From assembly GCA_965222225.1 (NCBI GenBank), contig CBDCTK010000002.1:2816001-2880000 (forward strand): a stretch of 64,000 nucleotides of DNA, written 5' to 3'. Source of the stretch: Candidatus Poribacteria bacterium (GTDB lineage Bacteria; Poribacteria; WGA-4E; JAJDTR01). Every line of letters starts with the position of its first letter. The first letter of the stretch is position 1. The position numbers and the translations under genes were made by a program. The notes beneath the pieces were generated by a model that was not told the origin of the DNA, made no database searches, and saw only the letters and a program-made list of their open reading frames with translations. This document shows, one piece after another, positions 17,952 through 29,287 of the stretch.

Positions 17952-20219
17952 CTATGCACCGCGCACTGACTTCAGTCGCAAAGAATTCGTAACTACGAAC
18001 ACTGAACTGCACGCCATCGCCCCCGCGGCAATCATCGGATTTAGCAGGAAACCATCGAGAACCGGATACAGCACGCCAGCCGCAATCGGAATACCCAGCA
18101 CGTTATAGAAAAACGCCCAAAAAAGGTTCCACCGAATGGTTCGGAACGTTCTGTAACTCAACTTAATCGCTGTGACAACGCTCATCAAATCGCCCTTGAT
18201 TAGGGTGATGTCCGCCGTTTCGATCGCAATGTCCGTCCCTGTGCCTATGGCAATTCCTACGTCGGCGCGCGCAATGGCGGGGGCGTCATTTATACCATCG
18301 CCAACCATGGCTACCACCTTCCCCGCCTCTTGCAATTCACGGACACGCCTCGCCTTGTCCTCGGGCAGTACTTCCGCTTGATACCGATCGATCCCTACTC
18401 GCTCCGCAATTGCATGAGCCGCGCTCTCATTATCGCCCGTCAACATCACCGTTTCCAATTTCAATTCACCCAATGCACGCACGGCTTCGGCGGCTCGCGC
18501 CGTGAGCGGATCGGCAATCGCAAGCAGCCCGCCAATCCGTTTGTCTATAGCAATCCAAACGGACGTATTTCCTTCAATTGACAGCTTTGATTCCGCCTTA
18601 ACGCCGTCCGTGGGCAATTCAACGCCGGCACCTTCCATCAACCGACGATTGCCGATATGCACAATCTGACCGTTGACAACGGCTCGGATCCCGTGTCCGG
18701 CGATGGCTTCAAACTCTTGGAGGCTTTCCGTCACCCGTTCGCCCACCAATTGGGCATCCGGGTAACGATCAGCATAAGCGTGGAGGATGGCTTGCGCCAG
18801 CGGGTGTTCAGACCTCGACTCAACCGTAGCTGCAACTGACAACAGATCAGCTTCCCGATGACCGTAGAATGTCATTGCCTCTAGGACGGCCGGCTCACCC
18901 CGCGTTAGCGTACCCGTTTTGTCAAACGCAACCGTCGTGACACGACGCACTGTTTCAAGACTCTCGCCCCCCTTAATGAGGACGCCCAACTCCGCGCCTC
19001 GTCCGGTTCCAACCACGATAGCCGTTGGCGTAGCCAGCCCCAGCGCACAAGGGCAGGCGATAATCATCACCGCGATGAAATTCTGCAACGCTAATGTGAA
19101 ACTTGGACCAACCAAAATCCAGACGATGAACGTCAACGCAGCAATTCCAATGACAATCGGTACAAAGACTCCGGCAATTCGATCCGCGAGGCGCTGCACC
19201 GGGGCTTTCGACGCTTGTGCCTCTTCAACCAATGCGATAACCTGCGCCACCACGGTGTCTTCACCGATCTTGGTGGCTTCAAAAACAAAGCTGCCCATTT
19301 TATTGATAGTTCCGCCAATAACCTCGTCCGGAGTTTTTTTTGGCACGGGCATGGCTTCGCCCGTCAGCATCGACTCATCAACCGTTGAACTACCACCCCG
19401 TACAACGCCATCGACAGGAATCTTTTCGCCCGGACGTACCACTAGCTGATCTCCCACCTGCACCTTCTCAATCGGAATCTTAATCTCCGAGCCATCCCGC
19501 AGGATGTGTGCGCTCTTTGGCTGAAGTCCGACCAATTTCTTGACCGCTTCCGAAGTACGCCCCTTCGCTCGTGTCTCCAAGAATTTACCGGTGAGGACAA
19601 GCGTGATAATCATCGCAGCAGTTTCATAGTAATTTACACTGCTAGGCGTCGGCGAAAGAAACGACGCAATCGTCACAATGAGGCTGTACCCGTAAGCAGC
19701 GAAGGTGCCGACGCTGACGAGCACGTTCATATCGGCGGAGAATTGTTTCAGCGCGTTATATGCCCCCTTGTGAAAATGCCAGCCAGCCCAAAATTGGATT
19801 GGTGTCGTGGAGATAAGGAGGAGGGCGAGTTTCAAACGGAGGGCAAGTGAGGCGTGTGGATGGTAGAACATCAACCCCATGGAAAGGAGGGAGACGATTG
19901 CGCTGACGACAATCTTCCGCTTCAGTTGCGAAAGTTCGAGACGATGGGCTTCCTCCTGCGCCGTGATTCGCGCCTTCCGCGACTCTACCGCCGCCATCGG
20001 TTCATAGCCCGCGTCAACGATTGTTCGTTGGAGCGCCTCGAGACCGGCTAGCGCCTCATCGTACGTTACGATCGCCTGCTCCGTGCTAAAATTGACGCTC
20101 GTCTCCGAGACGCCGGGAACCGATCTCAGCGCCTTTTCAACCCTCGTAACACAAGCCGCGCAGTGCATTCCCCCAATAGCGATTATCGTCTTGCGAAGAG
20201 AGGTCCCTGTATCGTCCAT
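17952..20219 (-). CDS. copA: Cu(I)-translocating P1B-type ATPase
   Basis: GMHCAAC HMA domain, [27 protein letters not shown], and YN plus M..S in the TM helices. Confidence 0.95.
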   Translation of the reverse strand: MDDTGTSLRKTIIAIGGMHCAACVTRVEKALRSVPGVSETSVNFSTEQAIVTYDEALAGLEALQRTIVDAGYEPMAAVESRKARITAQEEAHRLELSQLKRKIVVSAIVSLLSMGLMFYHPHASLALRLKLALLLISTTPIQFWAGWHFHKGAYNALKQFSADMNVLVSVGTFAAYGYSLIVTIASFLSPTPSSVNYYETAAMIITLVLTGKFLETRAKGRTSEAVKKLVGLQPKSAHILRDGSEIKIPIEKVQVGDQLVVRPGEKIPVDGVVRGGSSTVDESMLTGEAMPVPKKTPDEVIGGTINKMGSFVFEATKIGEDTVVAQVIALVEEAQASKAPVQRLADRIAGVFVPIVIGIAALTFIVWILVGPSFTLALQNFIAVMIIACPCALGLATPTAIVVGTGRGAELGVLIKGGESLETVRRVTTVAFDKTGTLTRGEPAVLEAMTFYGHREADLLSVAATVESRSEHPLAQAILHAYADRYPDAQLVGERVTESLQEFEAIAGHGIRAVVNGQIVHIGNRRLMEGAGVELPTDGVKAESKLSIEGNTSVWIAIDKRIGGLLAIADPLTARAAEAVRALGELKLETVMLTGDNESAAHAIAERVGIDRYQAEVLPEDKARRVRELQEAGKVVAMVGDGINDAPAIARADVGIAIGTGTDIAIETADITLIKGDLMSVVTAIKLSYRTFRTIRWNLFWAFFYNVLGIPIAAGVLYPVLDGFLLNPMIAAGAMACSSVFVVTNSLRLKSVRGA

Positions 20220-20374
20220 TGGTGTATAGTTATTCGTACTGCGTAATGTCAAGCCCTAAATTTTCGCGCTCCAGAGGAGCGCAATGTGGATCATGCGGTT
20301 AAATTGATCTAATGAGATTCATTCAATCGCACTTCTTTTCGCCAACTGTCGTCACTAAACACTTACTCAGGTTT

Positions 20375-21199
20375 TTATAGACTCTGCAGATGGGAAATGG
20401 GACCTGTGTTTCCAAATCCCAACTCGATGGCTCGATCCATCATCTTCTGTTGGCGCGGCGTAGCGGTGTGCAGAAGATTCTCGCTGTAGAACCTACCCCA
20501 GTGATTCGTCTCTCCACGGAGAAAATCCATCAACCAGTCGAAGTGTTCCTGGTTCTTTTCAGCGGTTGTATTTTGGACCGCATTGAAGTAGATGACACGG
20601 CGCCCGGGATTATCGCTCAACGCGGCATGATGCGTCTTGTGATTCATGAAGATGACATCTCCCGGTTTGGTGCAGATTCGGTAATGCCCCGGAATCTCCT
20701 CGGGTTTAACGCCAACGCTGACGATAGTTTCACGGAGCGCGTCGCGGTATTCCTTGAAATGGCTGCCCGGAATGACGCTGAGGCAACCGTCGTCGGGACC
20801 GAGCGGATCCAGATAGATTGCGACCTTCATGCTGAAAAAGCCTTCAGGCCCGCAGGCATCGTGATGCCACCGAGTGCCGCCGGCGTGGATGACACCTTCG
20901 CTTAAGGTTAGGATGAAATCATCACCAAGTAGGGTTTCCAGGACATTAACAAATCGCTCATCATCAAGCAGAGGGTAAAACGCTTCCGGATCATAGTCGA
21001 AAAAGGGGATAGTCTGTTGCCTTCTTGCGGAATTACCTCCTTCATCTTGGCGAAGTTCCGGATCTTCCTCTCCGTCGCGCGCTTTTCTCATTGCCACATC
21101 AAAAGCGTCGGAAAGCACTCGCATTTCATCGGGAGACAGCAGTTGTTTCCATAGAAAGAAGCCTAAGGTTTCAAAGTGCCTGATTTGTTCCTCTGTCAT
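20375..21199 (-). CDS. Phytanoyl-CoA dioxygenase (PhyH) family protein
   Basis: WHHD, GCLSVIPGSH, PGDVIFMNHKTHHA and a downstream R. Confidence 0.88.
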   Translation of the reverse strand: MTEEQIRHFETLGFFLWKQLLSPDEMRVLSDAFDVAMRKARDGEEDPELRQDEGGNSARRQQTIPFFDYDPEAFYPLLDDERFVNVLETLLGDDFILTLSEGVIHAGGTRWHHDACGPEGFFSMKVAIYLDPLGPDDGCLSVIPGSHFKEYRDALRETIVSVGVKPEEIPGHYRICTKPGDVIFMNHKTHHAALSDNPGRRVIYFNAVQNTTAEKNQEHFDWLMDFLRGETNHWGRFYSENLLHTATPRQQKMMDRAIELGFGNTGPISHLQSL

Positions 21200-21316
21200 G
21201 GTTTGTCCTCCATTATCATCTAGGTTTGGAATTGGCGTTCCTCGTTGGACATGGTGCGGATCTGACCGTTTGATTCAGTTACCTGAGCGCGAATCGTAGC
21301 GCAACGTTAGCTTATC

Positions 21317-23374
21317 TCAATTACCGATTAACTCGGGGCAATCGCACGTGCCGAGCCAGTCCAAAAGCCTCGGAATTTCGTGCTGGGCGATTCGAGCGCC
21401 CAGGTAGATTATATGCCCCGCCTGCCAGATGCATGTTTTCTCCCCATGCCTTCCGAGCGTTTGGGCGGTGGAATCGAGTTCCACACAGCGGGCATTAAGG
21501 CTTTGCAGGGAGGTGCCATCGGACAGTGTGACTTCGCCCCCAACCTCTACTTCGCTTAAAGATCGGACGCCGGTTATCGCTGGATTCGCAGAGAGCGTTT
21601 CGCAGTCTGATGCGAGCAGTATGCACTTTGCGGGCAACTCCGCGAACCGACCCCAGCATCCCACTTTCCGAGGCAGAGCGGCAATCACGAGATTGTACCG
21701 ACCCACCTCTTTCCAATTCAGCCCATCAAGCGATCGAGTCTCAATCGGGTCGTAATGCGTCCCGTATCGTACGGAAATGCCGTCAAGGATTCCCGCAAAG
21801 AACCGGTCAAGGCAGTCATCTTGACCAAACCCGTTCAGGCTCCACACGTGATAGTCGCGCAGTGCGGCGACGCGAGCCTCTATGCGTCGCGGGGTGCGCC
21901 TCTGAAATTCAATGTTGAGTTCACAGGATAGCTCCCAAGAGTCTACGTTTCCGTCGGGGAAGGTGGCGTCCGTGCCTACCGGGGGTCTCTCGGTGTTGCC
22001 GTAGCCCAGGTACATAATGCGTGTCGGCTCTTGTGCGGTGTGTTGTTCGTAGATACGATTGAGATGAGCCGGAGACGGATGCCGTCCTTCGTGTCCCTGC
22101 ATCCACGGCATAAGCTCTTTCCCGTGCCTGCGCGCCAGACCGGCGACGTATCCCATATCTCCGGGTATGCTGCCGTCGTTAAACCCGTTATCGGATGCCG
22201 GGTACGGGTCGGCAGACACAATGTCAATCTCGCGCGCCGACATATCGAGTGACATGCCGCCGTGATCATTCCCCACATAGAAACTGTTGCATCGCGTCAG
22301 GTTTCGGTAGGTTCTTAAAGTGCTCAGCCCCTCTTGGCACAACGTCTCCTTTGCGGTGCGCAGCAGGCGGGCGCAGGCGCGGTGAAGAGACCACATCCAG
22401 TCGGCATAGGCGCGCTCGCCGAATGCCTCCCGATACGTCCAGTGGCGAGGATAGGTGTCGTCAGGATTCAAGCGCTCAAAGTCGGTAATGGCATCGTCCG
22501 AATAGTCCCAGAGCGGCATCGACTGAGCGGGATTCGCGGGACCGTTGGGCACCGTTTGCAGAAAGTCCTCATCTCCCATCCGAATCCCCATGACGACATC
22601 GCTTGGAAATGTACCGCCGTTTGCTTCGGTCCATCGCGCAATCTCCTGCTTTATTTGGGCGCGAAATCCCTCGGCGGTTCCAATGGCGTGGGGACTTGCC
22701 GTGTTGCCAAAGTAGTTGGCGGGTTGGGGTTGCTCGTAGATGGGACCGCGCATGCGCCAGTAGACCGCCAGCATGACGTTGTCCAGATCGCCGCGCGCGC
22801 CAGTAAGGTCGAACTCCATGAGGTAGGTGTGTTCGTCGCGGGGCTCAATTGTGGCAGGAAGAGTCAGCAGGTGTTGCGCCCCATCGTAATCTTTCTCCTT
22901 GACGGTGACCTCGGCATGATGCGGCGGCAGTAGCTCCGCGAAATAACTGCCGTTTCCCAACGTCCAATCCGCGCCGAAGATAGGCTTTTCAATCAAGATC
23001 TCGTGTCGTTGGGGCGTGAAAGAAAAGCGGTGCCAGTCAATTGCCTCTCCTTCGTAGACGCCGCCGATCATGACGCACGAGGTCGGCGTGATGCGATGGG
23101 AGGCGATGCGATCCGCACGTAACGTAATGTTCTCAATCGTGAACGCCAACTGCAAGCCGTGCCTTCGCGCGCATTCCAAAGCCTGCGCGGGTTGAATTTC
23201 GTCGCCCACCCAGATGGCGGGATAGGTGTTTATCTCAACGCCTTCGATCCCATGGTCTTTCATATCGCGGAAATCTTCGTCCACGCCGTTGACGATATTC
23301 ACATAGGTCATCCACACGGTTGCTTCGTGCCAAGTTCGTGCCATATTACTTGCCTCCACAAACCTGCTGCTCAC
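21317..23374 (-). CDS. Hypothetical protein, possibly a TIM-barrel glycoside hydrolase-like enzyme
   Basis: Long ORF coupled to the epimerase gene. MGDE, WDYS..AI..F and SADPYP segments resemble GH42-like proteins; the functional call is weak. Confidence 0.6.
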   Translation of the reverse strand: MSSRFVEASNMARTWHEATVWMTYVNIVNGVDEDFRDMKDHGIEGVEINTYPAIWVGDEIQPAQALECARRHGLQLAFTIENITLRADRIASHRITPTSCVMIGGVYEGEAIDWHRFSFTPQRHEILIEKPIFGADWTLGNGSYFAELLPPHHAEVTVKEKDYDGAQHLLTLPATIEPRDEHTYLMEFDLTGARGDLDNVMLAVYWRMRGPIYEQPQPANYFGNTASPHAIGTAEGFRAQIKQEIARWTEANGGTFPSDVVMGIRMGDEDFLQTVPNGPANPAQSMPLWDYSDDAITDFERLNPDDTYPRHWTYREAFGERAYADWMWSLHRACARLLRTAKETLCQEGLSTLRTYRNLTRCNSFYVGNDHGGMSLDMSAREIDIVSADPYPASDNGFNDGSIPGDMGYVAGLARRHGKELMPWMQGHEGRHPSPAHLNRIYEQHTAQEPTRIMYLGYGNTERPPVGTDATFPDGNVDSWELSCELNIEFQRRTPRRIEARVAALRDYHVWSLNGFGQDDCLDRFFAGILDGISVRYGTHYDPIETRSLDGLNWKEVGRYNLVIAALPRKVGCWGRFAELPAKCILLASDCETLSANPAITGVRSLSEVEVGGEVTLSDGTSLQSLNARCVELDSTAQTLGRHGEKTCIWQAGHIIYLGARIAQHEIPRLLDWLGTCDCPELIGN

Positions 23375-23379
23375 ACCAT

Positions 23380-24168
23380 TCAGGACTGCGTGCGCAGGAA
23401 TTCAATGCTTGATCGAATGCCCTCTTCAAGACTGGCTTTGCGGTACACTTTGACGGACGCAAATCTTTCGTACCCCACCGATCTCAGTGCGTCCAACACG
23501 GATTTGAAATCAATACGACCGCGGCCCAATAGCCCTGCGTTACTCTCACACAGGTGCACATGGCGCAGCGACTCGCCGCACCGGTACACCGGCTCGGTCA
23601 GAGAAGTCTCCTCGATATTCATGTGAATCGTGTCCAACATCGGTTTGAATACAGGCACATCAATCTCGTCAATCAACCGTTGGACTTCGGCGAGCGAATT
23701 ATTGAATCCGACTTGAAGGTGATTCACCGGTTCGATGACGAACTCCACGCCCTTATCCAAAGCCGCAAGTCCAACTTCGCGAAGGCAGGTGACAATGCGT
23801 TGATTTGCCACTACGGGATCCGCTTCATCACTGCGTAACCCGTGCAGGAGACCGACGACAAGAATCGCATTGAACCGACTCGCCGTATCCAGATAGCTCT
23901 TTAGGCGTTCCACCGTGCGTTTTCGAATCTCCGGATCCGGCGAACTCAGGCACAATCCCTCTTCATAAGCGGCGCCGGTCAACAGCGCGGGGACAACCAA
24001 GCCGTTAGCGGCTATCGTGCTTTCCAGCTCATCCAATTGATTGAGCACATCGGGCGTCAGGTTTAACTCAACCCCGGCATAACCGCAGTCCTTCAAGAGG
24101 GCAAAGGTCGCTTGAACGTCGTCCTCGATTGCCGAGAAGTCAATTATGATATAGCTGTAGCGGAACAT
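23380..24168 (-). CDS. Sugar phosphate isomerase/epimerase (xylose-isomerase-like TIM barrel)
   Basis: GYAGVEL, IEPVNH, LDTIHMNIEE and HVHLCESN. Start placed at MFRYSY. Confidence 0.9.
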   Translation of the reverse strand: MFRYSYIIIDFSAIEDDVQATFALLKDCGYAGVELNLTPDVLNQLDELESTIAANGLVVPALLTGAAYEEGLCLSSPDPEIRKRTVERLKSYLDTASRFNAILVVGLLHGLRSDEADPVVANQRIVTCLREVGLAALDKGVEFVIEPVNHLQVGFNNSLAEVQRLIDEIDVPVFKPMLDTIHMNIEETSLTEPVYRCGESLRHVHLCESNAGLLGRGRIDFKSVLDALRSVGYERFASVKVYRKASLEEGIRSSIEFLRTQS

Positions 24169-24201
24169 GAGGTATTTCCCTGTTGAGGGGAGCGACGTAT
24201 G

Positions 24202-24449
24202 AGAACCTGTTTGAATAGTCGGCAGCAAAGCTATTTTTAGTCATTTGAAGACAGGCTTTCATGTTTATGTATTTGCCCGCTATATACCTGTCGCCCCGCT
24301 GGGGCTTAGGTACGCAGGGTTTCGGTGTTTCTACACACCTTCATGAATCTCTATCGCAGTTGCTATTCGCTCCCTTGATCCCACTCTGGGGCTTTTAGAG
24401 GCTGGTGCGCAGTGCGCACCCTACAAACTGTACTTTTCAAACAGGCTCT
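24202..24449. mobile_element. MITE-like element with 18-bp TIRs (AGAGCCTGTTTGAAAAGT) enclosing REPs and a micro-element
   Basis: agaacctgtttgaatagt (24202-24219) matches the reverse complement of acttttcaaacaggctct (24432-24449) at 16/18. Contains a micro-element at 24345-24379 and a REP at 24400-24424. Confidence 0.6.
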
Positions 24450-24508
24450 GATTCTCGGTGTAAGCCGCACTCAATAAATTGCCAAGCGTCGGCAACCCAG
24501 TGCCGCGC

Positions 24509-24537
24509 ATTATATACCTTCCCTCAAAGGCAGTCAA
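24509..24537 (-). promoter_or_regulatory. Sigma70-type promoter for the epimerase operon
   Basis: Minus strand TTGACT-17 nt-TATAAT. Confidence 0.7.
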
Positions 24538-24599
24538 GAAAAAGTCACCACAGAGTCGGGACAGCCGCTGCTTGATGCCGGGTATTCAAGGATTGAGTG

Positions 24600-24628
24600 T
24601 TGAAAGATTGGCGGAAGTATGAGATAAT
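24600..24628 (+). promoter_or_regulatory. Possible divergent sigma70 promoter for the M24 peptidase
   Basis: TTGAAA-17 nt-GATAAT. Confidence 0.45.
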
Positions 24629-24783
24629 CCCTCGCAGACGGTGGTTCCGAGTCAAGCAATGGGCGGGCTTTTCGGATAGGGCGTGAGCCAAGCAGACTTA
24701 GGGTTGTCCCTGTCGTGCGACGCCGGATTACCAGCCTTGGACTCCCACAACTCAAAAATTCTAAATCTGAACGGAGTAAAATC

Positions 24784-26025
24784 ATGCTCTTCAACAAAAC
24801 TCGCGCTATGGCGTATATGGAGCGTTGCGGGGTGGACGTTCTCGTGGCGACTTCTCCCGTGAACATCACCTACTTTTCGGGCTACTACTGCTGGATTGAC
24901 CCGCTATTCAGAGAGTATATGATGGCACCGGGGGCGCCAAGTGACATACCGCAGAAGTTTGCGGTTTTCCCGCTTGAGAGTGAGCCTGCGCTTGTCGTGA
25001 GGCCAGATTTCGCGACGAACGCGGCGGATTTGTGGGTGCGCGATCTGCATATTGTCGGGAATCCGGTGATAGATACCTCTTTGACGCCGGAGACGTTGCC
25101 CGAAGATGACCAGCGGATTCTCGATCTGCTTCGATCGCCGCATCGCAATGCCAAACCGACCGATGCGTTACTGAGCATCCTGAATGCGCGAGGTCTGACC
25201 GAGGCGCGAATCGGGATGGAGATGGAAGGGCTTGCGCCGACCGCAAAGGCGGAAATCGCCGAAGCCTTGCCAAAGGCGACAATCATGGATTGCTCGGATC
25301 TGATTCGCTTTGTTCGGATGGTCAAGACGGAGGAGGAGTTGGCACGACTTACACGCGCCGCCGAAATTAGTGAAGAGGCGGGGATGGAAAGCCTGGCTTT
25401 GGCGCGAGCCGGGAAGACGATGGCACACGTTATCCAACACTACCGAGAGCGGATTGGCGAAGGAGGCGCGGATCTCGATCACTTCATGTTCGGCGTGAAC
25501 GGTCTGGGTTTTGCCTTGGAGCGGGACTACGTGTTGAAGGACGACGACGTGATGTACGTGGACTATGGTTGCATCTATCGGCACTATTTCTCGGACACCG
25601 GAACAACCTTGGCAATCGGAGAACCGTCGGCGGTGTTACGGGATAAACATGCCGCTCTGCGTGAATGTGTGATTCGAGCGGTAGACGTGGTATGCCCCGG
25701 GGTGAAATCGTCGGAAGTGCGAGCCGTCATGTGGGATACGCTCAATGCGCGCGGGATTACAGCTACGTTTCCGCACGGGCACGGGATGGGGCTGGAGGTG
25801 CGAGACTACCCGATCATCGTCGCCGACAACGGGTTGCGCATCAGCGATGATTGTGTGGATGTGGCGTCGGATCTCCCGTTTGAGGAGAACATGGTCATCA
25901 ATCTGGAGGCGATGACGTTTATGCCGGGTGTCGCCTCGCCGCACATTGAGCAGACGTTCCTCGTTACCGCGGATGGGTACCGACCGCTCTGCCCGCAAGA
26001 TCGGTCGGGGCCGGTGCGGCCGTAA
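24784..26025 (+). CDS. M24 (Xaa-Pro peptidase/creatinase) family metallopeptidase
   Basis: Creatinase N-domain, RMVKTEEE, and the metal ligands D, D, HGHGMG, E, E. Start at MLFNK behind GGAG. Confidence 0.9.
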   Translation: MLFNKTRAMAYMERCGVDVLVATSPVNITYFSGYYCWIDPLFREYMMAPGAPSDIPQKFAVFPLESEPALVVRPDFATNAADLWVRDLHIVGNPVIDTSLTPETLPEDDQRILDLLRSPHRNAKPTDALLSILNARGLTEARIGMEMEGLAPTAKAEIAEALPKATIMDCSDLIRFVRMVKTEEELARLTRAAEISEEAGMESLALARAGKTMAHVIQHYRERIGEGGADLDHFMFGVNGLGFALERDYVLKDDDVMYVDYGCIYRHYFSDTGTTLAIGEPSAVLRDKHAALRECVIRAVDVVCPGVKSSEVRAVMWDTLNARGITATFPHGHGMGLEVRDYPIIVADNGLRISDDCVDVASDLPFEENMVINLEAMTFMPGVASPHIEQTFLVTADGYRPLCPQDRSGPVRP

Positions 26026-26151
26026 GCAATCTAGGATGCTGAAAGTCATGTTTAGCCGTGGATTTGCAAATCCGCAGAAGAAGCATTGTGCCGAGCGCAA
26101 GGAAAACTAGGTTGTAGGGAGCAAGCTTCCCGTAATTTGATGAGGGAAAAC

Positions 26152-29100
26152 ATGGATAGTAGACCAAATCCTGCGCAAGAGTTTGAACTGGGGCAGATTG
26201 TCGTCTTGAAATCAAATCCTTCTGTTCGCGGTGCGGTTGTCCGTGTAACGCCGGGAACCTCCGAAGACAGGATAGACGTTTTTATTGATGGAGACGTTCA
26301 GACCTTCTACACATCTCAGTTGCAGGTTGAAACCGAGCGCGATGACGACCTGCAGAACTTTACCTGCGATCAGTTTCACGCCTACCTGACCGCTCTGCAG
26401 ATTCGCTATCCGGGCTTATCGAATTTGTATTCGCTCAACGCGGCTCGTGTAGACTTCGTTCCCTACCAATACCGACCTGTTCTGAGATTCATCCGTTCCG
26501 ATCGTCCGAGACTGCTCATTGCCGATAGCGTTGGTGTTGGAAAAACCATTGAAGCGGGATTGATTCTGCGCGAATTGCAAGCCCGACGCGATATCAAGTC
26601 CGTTCTCATCATCTGTCCCCGGGCGTTGGTAACCGAACAAAAATGGTTACGAGAGATGAAAAGATTCTCCGAAGATTTCACTCATCTTGACGGGAAACTC
26701 TTGCAATACTGCATCAAGGAGACGCATCTGGATGGGGAGTGGCCCGAGCAATATGAGAAGGTCATTCTTCCCTACTCGTTGTTCGACAACAATCTCCTTT
26801 ATGGTCAAGGACAGGCAAGAGGGTTGTTAGATTTAGACCCACCCCCGCGTTTCGATCTGGTGATTGTGGATGAGGCGCACCACATCCGAAACCAGAACAC
26901 TGCCAATCACGAAGTTGTTCGGTTTTTCTGTGAGCATGCCGAAGCCGCGGTATTTCTAACCGCTACGCCTATCCAACTTGGCAGTCAAGACCTGTTTGTT
27001 CTGCTAAACACACTTCGTCCCGATCTTATCTTGGATGAGGAAGGCTTTAGACACATGTCGGAGCCGAACCCGTTTATTAACGAGGCGGTTGATGCTGCCC
27101 GCTCGCAGGAACGGGACTGGACGTGCCGGGCGAAAACAGCCCTGAGACAAGCCGTGGCAACCTCGTGGGGACAATCTATCCTTACGGACAATCCAGAATT
27201 TAATCGCATCCAAAGTCAACTTGCAAGCGAATCTGTCACCAATGCGCAACGGGTACAACTCATCACGGATCTTGAAGCGCTGCACACATTCTCAGGAATA
27301 CTCAACAGAACTCGCCGCCGCGATATTGGCGAGTTTACAATACGCCGCCCGCAAACCGTGAATGTCGATTTGACTGCTGATCAGAAACATCTCCATGAGT
27401 CGCTGCTGGAGACGCAGGCGGCGATATTCACAATGCTGCACGGCAATCAGAATGTCAAATTCATGATGACGACCATCCGCAGACAACTGGCGAGTTGTCT
27501 ATACGGACTTGAACCGCTGCTTGAAGAGATTCTGAGCCGCCATCTCGACGAACTCGCTTGGGCGGAAGCGGACACTGCGGAGTCAATGCCTCAAGAGGAG
27601 TCTGTGACGCCGATTCAGCGCCAGATTGAAAGAATTCTTGAAGAAGCGCGGACGCTCGCCTCCCCGGATCGAAAACTGGAAGCGCTCCGAAAAATCCTAC
27701 GTGAAAGGCAAAGTCTCCCCAATAACAAGGTGATGGTCTTTAGCAGTTTCCGTCACACGCTTGCTTATCTTTACAGACACCTTGAGTCGGATGGTTTTCG
27801 CGTCGGGATGGTGCATGGCGGGACGCCGGATGACGAACGGGTTGATTTGCGAGATTGTTTTGAAGGATCTGCCGAGGAGCGCGAGAGTCTTGACGTGATG
27901 CTGTTCTCGGAAGTGGGGTGCGAAGGATTGGATTATCAATTCTGCGACTGTATTGTCAACTACGACCTGCCGTGGAACCCCATGAGAATCGAACAAAGGA
28001 TCGGGCGCATCGATCGAAGGGGACAGCAGAGCGAGTATGTTACCATTATCAACCTAATAACGCCCGGGACGATTGATGCCGACATCTACGAACGCTGTCT
28101 GCTCCGCATCGGCGTGTTCGAGAGCGCGTTGGGGGGCAGCGAAGAGATCCTCGGCGAAATTACGACAGAACTCCGGGAAATCGCCGAGAATTATGACTTA
28201 ACCGAAGAAGAACGAAGAGCCAAGCTGCAACAGTTGGAAGATAACCAGATTCGGTTAATACAGGAAACAGAACTGCTGGAAGATCAGCAATTGGAACTGT
28301 TCGGCATCCGTTTCCCGGATGACAGAATGGAGAAGGAGGTGGAAGACGCGTCCAGTTTTTGGTTGTCCTCGAAATCCATACAGCGGCTCGTCACGCTTTA
28401 TCTTCAGAAACGATTGGGGGCCGAGCGAGAATACATCCTTGGTGAAAGGCCACTGAAAACGCTGCGACTTTCGGGAACCGCGAGAGAGACGTTATTGCAT
28501 GATTTCCGGCAACTTCCAAGAGAAAGGAGTCCGGTCAATAGAGAGTGGGAGAACTGGCTAAAAGGTGAGAATCAGCACTTGGTCATCACGTTTGAGGCAG
28601 ATGGTGCGACCCAGGATCCTGAAGCTGCGTTTATTATGCCAATTCACCCCTTGGTGAAACAAGCTTCGTTGGCGCTAGAAAGGTAACAAAACGTCGTCAC
28701 CGCTCTAAAATCCCAAACCGATGATGTTCCGGCAGGACGTTACGATTTTGCGATTTACCAGTGGCAGTTTCACGGTATCAAGGAGGACATGATTCTGAAG
28801 CCCATCGCATTAGAGGAGGGGTTAACCCCACACCTTAGCCGTCTACTTGAGAGCGCGGTAGATAGCGACGTGCAGGCGACCAATCAGGTGGCGAGGCGGG
28901 ATAAATTAGAAACCTTGCACTACCAACAATGGGCGGAGGAGCGTGAAAAACATCAACAGCGCTCTCAGGAACTCGCTTCTTACCGCAGAGAGAGTTTGAC
29001 AACGAGCCATCGGGCGCGGATTGCGCTGTTGGGAGAACAACTGCGACAGGCGACTTCAGAAAATATCCGGCGAATGAGGCAATCCCAAGTTGCCAATGCG

Positions 29101-29211
29101 GAGGCGGATTACGGGCGACGTGTTCGCGAGTTAAAGGCTGCAATGGCTAGGGCGGAAATTACGCAGGAGCTGGTGGCGTATGGGATTTTGGAAGTGGAAG
29201 GTAGTTCCTGA
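26152..29211 (+). pseudogene. SNF2/RapA-like helicase interrupted by one in-frame TAA (28684-28686)
   Basis: LIADSVGVGKT, DEAHH, LTATP, EGLDYQ and NYDLPWNPMRIEQRIGRIDR. After the TAA the same frame reads QNVVTALKSQTDDVPAGRYDFAIYQWQFHGIKED into ORF 28789-29211. Confidence 0.85.
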
Positions 29212-29287
29212 CATCCGTTTAGAATCTAGGTTGCGATTGATGACATTTGGCCAAAAAACAAAACACTCATTTTAAGGAGGGTGCGAC

